From NCBI GenBank assembly GCA_964484715.1, contig CAZAFJ010000010.1, positions 1,056 to 65,055 of the forward strand: DNA of 64,000 nucleotides, in the 5' to 3' direction. Position numbers and translations under genes: made by a program. The first letter of the stretch is position 1. Each line of letters opens with the position of its first letter. The DNA comes from an uncultured Anaerolineaceae bacterium (GTDB lineage: Bacteria > Chloroflexota > Anaerolineae > Anaerolineales > Anaerolineaceae). Below, piece after piece: positions 45,781-55,585 of the stretch. The notes below the pieces were generated by a model that was not told the origin of the DNA, made no database searches, and saw nothing but the letters and a program-made list of their open reading frames with translations.

Positions 45781-48327
45781 TCATGCTTTGCGCAAAGCAT
45801 CATACCACACGGAGATGACTTTGCGGTTGCGTTTTTCAAGCGTTTGTTGCATTTGCAATATCTTATCCAAAATATCCTGCAAATCCCAGGCTCTATCGGC
45901 AATCACACCTTTGACCAATGCCAGGCAATCGGGTGTCAGTGTCGTTTGAGTGAGCATGTCCACCAAATGCCAGGGTGTATGCGCCTGAGCCAAAACATCC
46001 ATGGTGATCAGTTCCAAGCGACGTAAAACCTCTTTCATCATCGCCTGTCCGGTTGCCAAACTGCTCGACTCGATATAAATTCGGTTGATTGGCTCTGTGC
46101 CTGAAGCACGGGTGCGCAAGTAATGATGGTTATCACCGCTTTCATCAACCAGCTGCATTTCCACCAGCTCATAGCGAATGCCACCTAAATACTCAACAGT
46201 CAAACCAGCTACTTTGGGTTGATCGGTGTTCTGATTCTTAGGTAGGTCAAGGTAGTAATTAATAAAACCCTCTTTTGCCTCTAAAGGTGCATCCACATCG
46301 GCGCGACCGGCATGCGAGCTGGGGTCGTTGGACGTGCCAAAGCTTTCCCATAGCCCAGGTAAGCTCACCAACTCATCCCAAATTTCTTTAAGCGAGTGCA
46401 AAGGTTTTTCTGGACGCGTGCCGTAGTAAGCCACCATATCCATGACCAAAATGTTTGCCCAAGGCCCATCCTTATCCAAGACATGGCCACGGGTGGTCAA
46501 ACCCGAGCTTTCTTCGCCACCAATCAAGATGGTATCGCGCCAGTTTTCTGGCAAGTCTTTCAGGAAATTGTAGGCATTATCCGTGCGACGGATCTCTTCG
46601 ATGTATTTGATACCCACCGGGACGGCAAAAGCATAATCCAAAGCGCGTGAGCTAATCTCGCCAACACGACATTTATACGCCACCTGCCCCACATAACCGG
46701 GCAATGCGCCTTTCGCGGGACGATTGTGTTCATTGCCCTTAATCTGACCGGCCAAAACCTCCAGCAAGGGCGAACCGGTTTGCGTGGCAATCACGCGACC
46801 GGTCAAACCGCGATCCAAGCCCAAATAGCGCAATAACATGGGTAGAATTTGATTGGGTCTAAAGTATGTGCCACCTTTGTCGATGATGCCATAGCGGTCC
46901 GCGTCGGTATCCATGCCCATACCTAATTGCGCGCCAGTTTTAGCCACCGTTTCTTTGAGCAATTGGTTAAAGGGCTCTTCAGGGTTGGCATAATCCTGAC
47001 CACCCAGTTGGGGGTCAACTTCAGCATGAATGACGGTAAAGCGCACGCCGGCTTCACCCAAAAGCCGGGTCAGGTAGTCGCGACCAGCACCGTGCATTTC
47101 ATCTACCACAACCATTTTGTCAGCGAAATAAGTGCGAATACGGTCAAAGTCGATGGGAATACGCGCGTTGCCATTGCCATTGTTTTTAATCCAATGCACA
47201 TAGTCATCCAAGGGATCAAAACCGGTCACCAAACCACGCGCCTTGGCAGCGGCAATATCCGCCTGACCACCCGCAGCATCTACCAACTGCAATTCATTGA
47301 TACGGAAAGCGATGAAATCGGTCACATTGGTGGGCGCGGGATAGCCCAAGCGAGGGTTGAACTTGATACCCTGCCATTCAGGGGGATTGTGGCTGGCGGT
47401 CGCAATAATCAAACCGGCCACATCATCCTGTGGCAAAACGTCGGTCTCATAAAATGAAAGTGCCGGTGTGGGTACGTCACGATTGCCCATGTCGATGCGA
47501 AAACCATTCGCCTGGCAGGTTTCAGCGGTCCATTGGGTCACAAGGTCGGCATTGGCGCGCGTATCATGCCCCAAAACGACACGTCTGCCCGAAAGATCTT
47601 CCGCGCCAACAAAGGCGGGCACGTTGCTGTTATTCATAAAGTCACAAATGGCCTGCACGACCTGTCGCGCGCGGGTCTCGGTGAAGTCATTACCCCACCT
47701 GCCACGCACACCAGAAGTTCCAAAGCGCAGGTATTTACGGTCATAAATCTCACGCAAGAGGCCTTTCACACCCGCCAAACCAATCAAGACTGGGTCAGCC
47801 GTGCGTAAGCGCATCGCGTATAAACGCTCGTAGATATTGCCAATTTGAATCACCCGGTATGCCATGAGGCGGTCGGGGTCCTGAGCAAAGTCCAGGGTCT
47901 CGAGCAATGGCAAGATTTCGTCCTCGATATCTTCGGCCAGCGATTCAAAAACAGGTGAGGTCAAATAGAAGCGCGCCAGGTCAATCGCTTTTCGGCGCAT
48001 TTTTGCACTCTTGGGCAAATAATCCTCATCCACTAATTGTCTCAGGGCTTGATTCTTTGGCACACGTGGGTTGAGCAGTTCCAAACGTCCCTGGGTACCT
48101 GTTGCGGCTAAACTCAACAACAAACTTATCACGCGCGAGCTGGTCGCCAAATCCTCAGCAAAAAGCTGGGTATTGACAAGCATCCAAGTCTCAAGCTCCA
48201 GTAAAAAAGCTTCCATTTCAGCGATGGCCGGCTGCCAAAGCTCTGGCTTATCCGCGATTAAAATCGCCCGGTTAAGGCGATTGAAACGGTAAGGCAATTG
48301 CGTGATAAAAGGTTTATTTTCTGTCAT
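45781..48327 (-). CDS. alpha-D-phosphohexomutase-family protein with a ~200-aa N-terminal extension
   Basis: Active-site loop ATASHNPPEWQGIKF, metal loop GMDTDADR and sugar loop GGEESSG. At 848 aa it is much longer than the usual 450-580. Confidence 0.8.
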   Translation of the reverse strand: MTENKPFITQLPYRFNRLNRAILIADKPELWQPAIAEMEAFLLELETWMLVNTQLFAEDLATSSRVISLLLSLAATGTQGRLELLNPRVPKNQALRQLVDEDYLPKSAKMRRKAIDLARFYLTSPVFESLAEDIEDEILPLLETLDFAQDPDRLMAYRVIQIGNIYERLYAMRLRTADPVLIGLAGVKGLLREIYDRKYLRFGTSGVRGRWGNDFTETRARQVVQAICDFMNNSNVPAFVGAEDLSGRRVVLGHDTRANADLVTQWTAETCQANGFRIDMGNRDVPTPALSFYETDVLPQDDVAGLIIATASHNPPEWQGIKFNPRLGYPAPTNVTDFIAFRINELQLVDAAGGQADIAAAKARGLVTGFDPLDDYVHWIKNNGNGNARIPIDFDRIRTYFADKMVVVDEMHGAGRDYLTRLLGEAGVRFTVIHAEVDPQLGGQDYANPEEPFNQLLKETVAKTGAQLGMGMDTDADRYGIIDKGGTYFRPNQILPMLLRYLGLDRGLTGRVIATQTGSPLLEVLAGQIKGNEHNRPAKGALPGYVGQVAYKCRVGEISSRALDYAFAVPVGIKYIEEIRRTDNAYNFLKDLPENWRDTILIGGEESSGLTTRGHVLDKDGPWANILVMDMVAYYGTRPEKPLHSLKEIWDELVSLPGLWESFGTSNDPSSHAGRADVDAPLEAKEGFINYYLDLPKNQNTDQPKVAGLTVEYLGGIRYELVEMQLVDESGDNHHYLRTRASGTEPINRIYIESSSLATGQAMMKEVLRRLELITMDVLAQAHTPWHLVDMLTQTTLTPDCLALVKGVIADRAWDLQDILDKILQMQQTLEKRNRKVISVWYDALRKA

Positions 48328-48346
48328 TATCTACTCCAATAAGTCA

Positions 48347-49816
48347 TTAAGGTTTGGGCATCAAGCCGCCCTCGGCTACGTTTAATACTTCAATTTTGCT
48401 GCCCGGGGCTGTGCCGGTCTCAGCTTGCACCAGTTCACAGACTTCCCAGGCGACTTTTGCCAGTTCTTCCGCGCTATGGCGGGTATCTGCTTCGAGCATC
48501 AGACGATACTTATTTTCCGTCCCAGAATAACGCGAGTTCAGGCTCACCAAACCTGGCAAAGCTTCTTTAACCCGTTTAATGTGCTCAGTAAGGGCTGGCA
48601 TGTCATCCATGGAGCGTTTTTCAGCCACATCACATGAGGCAACCAATTGAGGATACTTTTGGATGCGGTCTGCCAGCGAAGCCAGGCTTGTATCAGCATC
48701 CATCATCACTCTGAGCAAGAACAAAGCCGTGCGAATGCCATCGCCAGTTTGGTGTGTATGGTCCAACAAGACGATATGCCCGCTTTGCTCACCACCCAAG
48801 CCAACGATACCCATGACGTCATCGTCTTCAAGCAGTTTTTGAAGGGCTTCGGTCACGTACTTATCCCCGACATCAGTTGTCTTTAAAATAAACCCTTTGC
48901 TTTCGGCATAAGCCTTAAGCGCGCCATTGGCCATCACCGTGGTCACCAAGGTGTCGCCCAGGAGCCATTCCTTGTTATGCAGATATTCCGCCAAAATCGC
49001 CAGCATATGGTCGCCGTCAATCAAGCGTCCGAGCTCATCCAGGAAAATCACGCGGTCGGCGTCACCATCAAAAGTAATCGCCAAATCCGCCCCGTGTTCT
49101 TTCATCAAAGCTGCCAATTCAGCAGGCTTGGAACGCGCGCGCTCCGAACCACAGTTGACATTGATTTGATGCCCATAGCCATCCACATTGATAGCCACCA
49201 CTTCGGCACCAAGAATGTCCAAAGCGCGTGGGGCAAGCTTATAAGCCGCGCCATTTGAAGCGTCCACCAAAATCTTTAAACCGTCCAACTTCAAACCGCG
49301 CTGGGATGCCAAGAGGTCCTTCAGATAGCTGGCGTGTAAATCAACTCGGTCAAAGACTTTGGTTTCATCCATCTCAGGGAAAACCTCGAGCTCGGCAGAA
49401 TCCAGGACGGCTTCTATCGCCATTTCTTGCTCAAGGCTCAGTTTCGTGCCCTTCGAGCTAAAGAATTTAATACCGTTTTGCTCCATTGGGTTATGCGAAG
49501 CGGAAATCACCACACCCGCAGTCGCTTCATAGGCTTGGGTCAAAAACGCGACGCCTGGCGTAGGCAAAACGCCCAGATCCCAAACAATAGCACCTGTTGC
49601 GGTTAAGCCACGCGTCAAAGCCCATTGTAAAGCAGGGCCGGATTGTCTTGTGTCACGTCCAATTAAAAATATTGGTTGTTCATGGATTGCGTCATCATCC
49701 ACACCCATCACCGTGCCCAGGGCATAGCCAAGGCGCATCATAAAGGCTTCGGTCATGGGGAACTGGCCATACACGCCACGAATACCATCAGTACCAAAAT
49801 ATTTCACAGGGTCCAT
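48347..49816 (-). CDS. glmM: phosphoglucosamine mutase
   Basis: Blocks: KYFGTDGIRG, ISASHNPMEQNGIKFF, FDGDADR, GGEQSGH. Confidence 0.75.
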   Translation of the reverse strand: MDPVKYFGTDGIRGVYGQFPMTEAFMMRLGYALGTVMGVDDDAIHEQPIFLIGRDTRQSGPALQWALTRGLTATGAIVWDLGVLPTPGVAFLTQAYEATAGVVISASHNPMEQNGIKFFSSKGTKLSLEQEMAIEAVLDSAELEVFPEMDETKVFDRVDLHASYLKDLLASQRGLKLDGLKILVDASNGAAYKLAPRALDILGAEVVAINVDGYGHQINVNCGSERARSKPAELAALMKEHGADLAITFDGDADRVIFLDELGRLIDGDHMLAILAEYLHNKEWLLGDTLVTTVMANGALKAYAESKGFILKTTDVGDKYVTEALQKLLEDDDVMGIVGLGGEQSGHIVLLDHTHQTGDGIRTALFLLRVMMDADTSLASLADRIQKYPQLVASCDVAEKRSMDDMPALTEHIKRVKEALPGLVSLNSRYSGTENKYRLMLEADTRHSAEELAKVAWEVCELVQAETGTAPGSKIEVLNVAEGGLMPKP

Positions 49817-49828
49817 CGTTACCTCCGC

Positions 49829-50722
49829 TTATTCTATTTCAATATCTGCCACAACGGGCAGGTGGTCTGAGATGCGCCGCGCCAACTCATCGTCGATGAC
49901 ACGACACTCATAGCGCAACAAGCGGTTTGCCGGGGCAAAGTAGATATGGTCCACAGAACCCGCGGAACCGTGTGTTGGGATATCATTTTCAGGTACCAAG
50001 CGCACAAAGTTATTATCCTCTACCAACAAGGTTTTCAGGGAATACTCATCTGGCTTGGCGTTAAAATCGCCCATGATAATAACCGGGTGGCGCGGGATAA
50101 GCACATGTTTTTCAATCATGCCAATCACATTCAAGATTTGAGAGGTGCGCACACGCTCAGCTGCGTCAACCGTTTCTGACCAGGCATTTTCACCGCGTTC
50201 ACCCACCAAGGTAGTGAGGTGCAAATTGAGCACAAAGGGATGGGGTGCAGCTTTCAGGCGGGTGATAATAGTATAGCGTGGATCGGTATCACGCGTGCCT
50301 TCATAACGCACCGGTTGAAAGACAGGCACGTTGCGCGGCACACCCAAACGTTCTGGATCACCTAAACGTGAAAAAGGCACATGGGAAAAAACAGCATTTC
50401 CCTTGGACCAATCCCACCAATCGTTAAAGAGTCCTTCAACCATCAGTGCTTGTTTGATTTGCAAATGTTGTTTCATCGAAAGCGTTTCGCCATAGTAAAA
50501 ATGGTTAAACTGCGCGTCATAGCGAATACGGTCGGTCATGCTATGTACATGACCGTCGCCATCCAAATATTGCGCGATTTCCTGAACGCCGAGAATGTCG
50601 GGTTTAATACGATGGATCAGCTCTGCAAAGGCTTCGGCTTTATCGAAACTTTCCTGGGGAGTGCCCCGATAGTTTTTGATTCCGCCACCGAGGTTGAGGG
50701 TCATCAAACGAAGTTTTAGCAT
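49829..50722 (-). CDS. endonuclease/exonuclease/phosphatase (EEP) family protein
   Basis: Blocks: LRLMTLNLGG, GVQEI, IMGDFN, SDHLPVVADI. Confidence 0.75.
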   Translation of the reverse strand: MLKLRLMTLNLGGGIKNYRGTPQESFDKAEAFAELIHRIKPDILGVQEIAQYLDGDGHVHSMTDRIRYDAQFNHFYYGETLSMKQHLQIKQALMVEGLFNDWWDWSKGNAVFSHVPFSRLGDPERLGVPRNVPVFQPVRYEGTRDTDPRYTIITRLKAAPHPFVLNLHLTTLVGERGENAWSETVDAAERVRTSQILNVIGMIEKHVLIPRHPVIIMGDFNAKPDEYSLKTLLVEDNNFVRLVPENDIPTHGSAGSVDHIYFAPANRLLRYECRVIDDELARRISDHLPVVADIEIE

Positions 50723-50975
50723 GTGGTTTGCTCTCCTTATTTGTTCTTTGAATTATACCAAGCAAAACGCAGCCTGACAGGCGCCATATGAGCTTCGGAT
50801 TAAGGTGGGTTTTTGATAACACCTGGCTCTAAAAATGAAAAACAGGCTTTTTTGGTTCTTCAAAGCTGATTCGCCCTTAATTTGTCATAAAATCAAGACG
50901 CGGAAAAAGTTTCATTTTTGAATTTGAGCCGAATTTTTTCCTCTCAGCGCATTTTAGGTTAATAACGGCTCCTCG

Positions 50976-50984
50976 TGGTATAAT
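50976..50984 (+). promoter_or_regulatory. extended -10 promoter element (TGGTATAAT) upstream of gyrA
   Basis: Seen directly in the sequence, about 47 nt before the gyrA ATG. Confidence 0.45.
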
Positions 50985-51031
50985 TATAGGGTTGCGCTGG
51001 CTATAAAAAAACAGCCCGCCGGAAAGAAACT

Positions 51032-53752
51032 ATGACAGATCAGAACGACATTATTAACCCTGAAGACAACTCTGAAGAGCCTTCTGAAACACCAATTCAG
51101 GACCCCACAGAGAACAATGAAGACATTGACTTAAATCCAACGACTGATTTTGAATCAGTGGGCATCGACAAAGAAATGCGCACGGCATATCTCGATTACG
51201 CCATGAGCGTCATCGTAGCGCGTGCCTTGCCAGATGTGCGTGATGGGCTCAAACCCGTCCACCGCCGTATTCTCTACGCGATGGACGATATGGGCATCCG
51301 TGCCAATACGCCTTTCAAGAAGTCCGCGCGTATCGTGGGTGAGGTGCTGGGTAAGTACCACCCCCATGGTGACAGCGCAGTCTACGATACCATGGCGCGC
51401 ATGGCACAAGATTTCTCGATGCGCTACACGCTTGTCCAAGGCCAAGGCAACTTTGGCTCGATTGACGGCGATCCACCCGCGGCAATGCGTTATACCGAAG
51501 CCCGTCTGCAAAAAATCGCCGACGAGCTCATCGCCGACCTTGATAAAGACACCGTCGATTTTGTAGACAACTTTGATGCTTCCTTGCTCGAACCTGAGGT
51601 GCTTCCCGCGCGCATCCCCAGCCTGCTGATGAACGGCTCAAGCGGTATCGCTGTGGGTATGGCCACGAACATCCCGCCCCACAATCTCAAAGAACTGGTT
51701 TCCGCGCTCAATTTGCTTATTGACCGCTGGGACGATATTGAAGAGGTCAGCGTAGAAGAGCTGATGCAACACGTGCCGGGACCCGATTTCCCCACTGGTG
51801 GCGTGATTGTGGGCACTGAGGGCATCCGCCAGGCTTACAGCACCGGTCGCGGTCACCTGATGGTGCGTGGCGAAGCAGTGATCGAAGAAATTCGCGATGG
51901 TCGCTTTGCGATTGTAATTTATGAAATACCCTATCAACTCAACAAAACCAGCCTGATTGAACGCATCGCCGAATTGGTGCGCGAAGGCCGTTTGGATGCC
52001 ATCGCCGACATGCGCGACGAGTCCGACCGCAAGGGCATGCGCATTGTGGTCGAGCTTAAACGCGGCACGCAACCTCGCAAAGTGCTCAATCAGCTCTACA
52101 AATACACCCCACTGCAAAGCACTTTTGCGGTGCAGACGCTGGCGCTCTTGGACGGCGAGCCACGCATGTTCACCCTCAAACGCGCGCTCTACCACTATCT
52201 GGAGCACCGTCAGGTGGTCATCACCCGCCGTACGCTCTTCGAACTCGACAAAGCCAAAAAACGCGCTCACATTCTGGACGGTTTGCTTATCGCTATCGCC
52301 AATCTGGACGCGGTCATCCAAACCATTCGCGAAAGTGCCGACGCTGACCAAGCCAAGACCCGGCTCATCGAACGTTTCTCGCTTAGCCCAGAACAAGCCC
52401 AAGCCATTTTGGACATGCAATTGCGCCGCTTGGCTGCTCTGGAACGCCTCAAAATCGAGGAAGAACACAAGCAATTGATGGAAACCATCGCCGAGCTCGA
52501 AGCCATCCTGGCAGACCCTCAACGCATCCTTGAGATCATCCGCACGGATCTAAACGAGGTCTCAGAAAAATATGGCGACGACCGCCGAACACGCATCGCG
52601 CCTGACCATGAAATGGATTTGTCGGACGAAGCCCTTATCCAGGATGAGCCGGTTTTTGTCTCGATTACCAACCGCGGTTACATCAAACGTGTTGCGGATG
52701 AAGCTTATCGCACGCAATCCCGTGGTGGACGTGGCGTGATTGGCCAAAGCATGCGTGGCGAAGACGAAGTTGTCTTTTTTGAACGTGCCAACACCCTGGG
52801 CACGATGCTCTTCTTCACCGATTTAGGCAAAATCTACACCACGCGTGTGTTTGAATTGCCCGAGGAATCACGCCAAGGCCGGGGTATTCCATTGGTCAAT
52901 CTTTTGGATCTCGAACCCGAAGAAAACGTGACCGCTATGCTCGCGGTAAAGAGTTTTGATGAGGCACAATATTTCGTCATGGCCACCAAACTGGGTCGTG
53001 TCAAACGCCTGCCTTTGGCGAGCTTTGCCAATGTGCGCCCCTCGGGCTTGATTGCGATCAATCTTGACCAAGGCGACAGCTGCGGTTGGGTGCGCAAGAC
53101 CAATGGCAAGGACGATATCATTCTGGTTACCCGTGAGGGTAAAGCGTTGCGCTTTAACGAAAGCCAGGTGCGTGTCACCGGTCGTATGACCATGGGTGTG
53201 ATGGGCATTCGCTTGCGCGGCCAGGATGAAGTGATTGGCATGGAAGTCGTTGAAGAAAATGGCGCCTTGTTGGTGCTTTCGGAACGCGGACAAGGCAAAC
53301 GCACTTTGGTGGAAGAATACATCCCCAAATCACGTGGCACCTTGGGCGTAACCACTTTTGCTCACCTGGAACTTGAAAACATTGGGCCTTTAGCCGAAGC
53401 CTGCATGGTGCAGGAAGAAGATGAAATTACACTGATTTCCCGTGGCGGTATCGTTATGCGCACCAAGGTTGCCCCCATTTCAATCCAAGGCCGCGCGACA
53501 CAAGGTGTACGCGTCATCAACCTGGATGAAGGTGACTCCTTAGCCGCTTTGACCCGCATCAGCGCGACAGAATACTTCCCCCACAAGGACGGCGGTGAGG
53601 AGACGCAAAAGAACGATGATACTGAATCAGATGGTGAAGTTGAAGAACTGGATGCGTCGTTTGACCCTGATAAAACCGATACAAACGGAGATGATACGCC
53701 CTACAACTCCGGTGAAAACAACGAGGATGAGGGCGCGATCTCAGAAGTGTAG
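51032..53752 (+). CDS. gyrA: DNA gyrase subunit A
   Basis: Blocks: [26 protein letters not shown] and [18 protein letters not shown], with catalytic Tyr in [10 protein letters not shown]. There are C-terminal beta-pinwheel repeats and acidic N- and C-terminal tails. Confidence 0.95.
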   Translation: MTDQNDIINPEDNSEEPSETPIQDPTENNEDIDLNPTTDFESVGIDKEMRTAYLDYAMSVIVARALPDVRDGLKPVHRRILYAMDDMGIRANTPFKKSARIVGEVLGKYHPHGDSAVYDTMARMAQDFSMRYTLVQGQGNFGSIDGDPPAAMRYTEARLQKIADELIADLDKDTVDFVDNFDASLLEPEVLPARIPSLLMNGSSGIAVGMATNIPPHNLKELVSALNLLIDRWDDIEEVSVEELMQHVPGPDFPTGGVIVGTEGIRQAYSTGRGHLMVRGEAVIEEIRDGRFAIVIYEIPYQLNKTSLIERIAELVREGRLDAIADMRDESDRKGMRIVVELKRGTQPRKVLNQLYKYTPLQSTFAVQTLALLDGEPRMFTLKRALYHYLEHRQVVITRRTLFELDKAKKRAHILDGLLIAIANLDAVIQTIRESADADQAKTRLIERFSLSPEQAQAILDMQLRRLAALERLKIEEEHKQLMETIAELEAILADPQRILEIIRTDLNEVSEKYGDDRRTRIAPDHEMDLSDEALIQDEPVFVSITNRGYIKRVADEAYRTQSRGGRGVIGQSMRGEDEVVFFERANTLGTMLFFTDLGKIYTTRVFELPEESRQGRGIPLVNLLDLEPEENVTAMLAVKSFDEAQYFVMATKLGRVKRLPLASFANVRPSGLIAINLDQGDSCGWVRKTNGKDDIILVTREGKALRFNESQVRVTGRMTMGVMGIRLRGQDEVIGMEVVEENGALLVLSERGQGKRTLVEEYIPKSRGTLGVTTFAHLELENIGPLAEACMVQEEDEITLISRGGIVMRTKVAPISIQGRATQGVRVINLDEGDSLAALTRISATEYFPHKDGGEETQKNDDTESDGEVEELDASFDPDKTDTNGDDTPYNSGENNEDEGAISEV

Positions 53753-53846
53753 AGTTGGCGTAAACGCCCTTGCTCATCCTGAACCAATAGCGCGGCGTTA
53801 TCCTGTATAGCCAAAAGGCGGAACTGCTCAGTTTCGCCTTTTTTTC
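53701..53846 (-). pseudogene. duplicated 3' fragment of birA (last ~48 codons), no upstream body
   Basis: The minus frame reads [47 protein letters not shown]. It is nearly identical to the BirA C-terminus at 54764..54907. The upstream sequence is unrelated and AT-rich. Confidence 0.75.
53702..53846. repeat. ~145-bp direct repeat, copy A (contains the functional gyrA 3' end)
   Basis: Aligns with 54765..54908 with 5 substitutions and one 1-nt T-run indel. Confidence 0.9.
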
Positions 53847-53917
53847 TATTGATAGCAAATGTTTTTGTCTTTCCCCATAATACCAAGGCTAGCACTTAAT
53901 TCAGAATGCGCTCAAAA

Positions 53918-53994
53918 CTTCCCCCTCTCCTTGGGACCGTTTACATGCCGAGACTCTTTTACGAGGCAGTAGGGTAGGGTGTGATTCTTTTTCC
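53918..53994. repeat. GC-rich hairpin element, copy interrupted by ~34 bp
   Basis: CTTCCCCCTCTCCTTGGGA [CCGTTTACATGCCGAGACTCTTTTACGAGGCAGT] AGGGTAGGGTGTGATTCTTTTT, compared with the intact copy at 54291..54335. Confidence 0.6.
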
Positions 53995-54146
53995 TTGATG
54001 CTCTTAGTCTATATGACAACTTTACTGCTCTATTCGAGACCTTTTCGATGATTTGTTTTTCAACATGTTTTTGGAAATAAATCAAAACACTAAGTGAGAA
54101 AATAAGCCATAAAATAGTATCTGTCTATATTATCAACCGTTTCAAA

Positions 54147-54187
54147 GACCCACCCCCTTTAATCCCCCTCCTCAGGAGGGGGGGAAT
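54147..54187. repeat. GC-rich hairpin element, related copy in inverse orientation
   Basis: GACCCACCCCC...CCCCCTCC-TCA-GGAGGGGG (8-bp stem). The reverse complement has the same layout as the 54291 element: C-rich arm, hairpin, then GGGTGGGTC. Confidence 0.5.
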
Positions 54188-54290
54188 TTCACTCCTTTAT
54201 TTGTGCTTATAAAGGTATTCCTAATATTGAGCAATTGCAGTTGGATGAGCCATTCAAGCATTTAGCTGTTAAATAGTTGGGACAAGCAAG

Positions 54291-54335
54291 CCTTCCCCCT
54301 CTCCTTGGGAGAGGGTAGGGTGTGGGTCTTTTTTA
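54291..54335. repeat. GC-rich hairpin element, intact copy
   Basis: CCTTCCCCCTCTCC-TTG-GGAGAGGG-TAGGGTGTGGGTCTTTTTT with an 8-bp stem. Confidence 0.6.
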
Positions 54336-54363
54336 TTTGGTGTTTACAAACAATAAGATTGTT

Positions 54364-54726
54364 TCACCACTCCAATGGGTGACCTATCTTTTCCTCAATT
54401 AAAATCTTTATTTCTTCACAAACCGCATCAAAAGCTTCATATACATCATTATTAGTAAAACGAACGACCTGAATACCAACCTTATTTAAGTAACGCGTTC
54501 TTTCCTGGTCCCGAACGATGTGGCTATCCAACGCGTGTTGACTTCCATCAATTTCAACTGCCAATTTAGCTTGATGGCAATAAAAATCGACGATATAAGG
54601 ACCGATTACTTTTTGTCGATGGAACGGAATTGGATAACGTCGTAGCGCGTTCCAAAGCCTTTTTTCTTCAAGTGTTGAATGCTTACGGAGATTTCTGGCT
54701 AAATGAGTAAGGTTCTTTATAGCCAT
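54364..54726 (-). CDS. DUF559 (Vsr-like PD-(D/E)xK) endonuclease-domain protein
   Basis: LRKHSTLEEKRLWNALR...YIVDFYCHQAKLAVEIDGSQH...RTRYLNKVGIQVVRFTNNDV is the canonical DUF559 pattern; 120 aa. Confidence 0.85.
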   Translation of the reverse strand: MAIKNLTHLARNLRKHSTLEEKRLWNALRRYPIPFHRQKVIGPYIVDFYCHQAKLAVEIDGSQHALDSHIVRDQERTRYLNKVGIQVVRFTNNDVYEAFDAVCEEIKILIEEKIGHPLEW

Positions 54727-54763
54727 GTCTTGTTTTCATCCCACGTAATTGAAACGAGTTAAT

Positions 54764-55564
54764 TTACAACTCCGGTGAAAACAACGAGGATGAAGGCGCG
54801 ATCTCGGAAGTGTAGAGTTGGCGTAAACGCCCTTGTTCATCCTGAACCAATAGCGCGGCGTTATCCTGTATACCCAATAGGCGGAACTGCTCAGTTTCGC
54901 CTTTTTTCGTTGAAATACCGACCATCTCGCCAATAAAAGCCAACTTTTCATTCCAAAGCGTGATAAAGTCGAGGCTTCCCATGATGGGGCGCAAGGTTGT
55001 AATTTCTTCAACCAAATCAGCCAACATCTCATTAACGGGCACAATACGGCCGACATGTTCTTCTAGGCTGGTGGCTTGAAAACGCAAAACCTCATCCGTT
55101 TGGTGAGACTCTTTCCCCAAGTTGATACCAATACCAACGGCCACAGCATTAATATGGTCGCTCAACCACAGCGCTTCGGTCAAAATACCGCAAATTTTTG
55201 CGCCACCCACGAGCACATCGTTGGGCCATTTTATCTGAGCGGATAGGTGATACTTATTTTCCAGAACATTCACCAATGCCAAGCCCGCCAATGCGGTAAA
55301 GCGAAAAAGGTGACCTTGTTCTTCCGGGGAAGGATGGATAAGTAAAGTGGCTGCCAGGGATTGCCCAGGTTTGGATTGCCAGGTACGGTCTTTTCGACCT
55401 CGCCCTTTGGTTTGATTCAGAGCAGAAAGAACGATGTTGCCAGGTGCCCCGGCTTCCGCCAGACTAAGCGCGTCATCATTGGTCGAGCCAGTTTCCTCCA
55501 ATTTGTAAACTGAAAAACCAGCGATCGTTTTGGGTGTAAGCCCCTTAAGTTGTTCTAAATCCAT
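54764..55564 (-). CDS. birA: biotin--[acetyl-CoA-carboxylase] ligase (no N-terminal HTH)
   Basis: The motif KGRGRKDRTWQS (GRGRxxRxW); 266 aa. Confidence 0.85.
   Translation of the reverse strand: MDLEQLKGLTPKTIAGFSVYKLEETGSTNDDALSLAEAGAPGNIVLSALNQTKGRGRKDRTWQSKPGQSLAATLLIHPSPEEQGHLFRFTALAGLALVNVLENKYHLSAQIKWPNDVLVGGAKICGILTEALWLSDHINAVAVGIGINLGKESHQTDEVLRFQATSLEEHVGRIVPVNEMLADLVEEITTLRPIMGSLDFITLWNEKLAFIGEMVGISTKKGETEQFRLLGIQDNAALLVQDEQGRLRQLYTSEIAPSSSLFSPEL
54765..54908. repeat. ~145-bp direct repeat, copy B (contains the functional birA 3' end plus a dead copy of the gyrA tail)
   Basis: Aligns with 53702..53846. Confidence 0.9.
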
Positions 55565-55585
55565 GGCAAATGCCCTCCAAAGACA

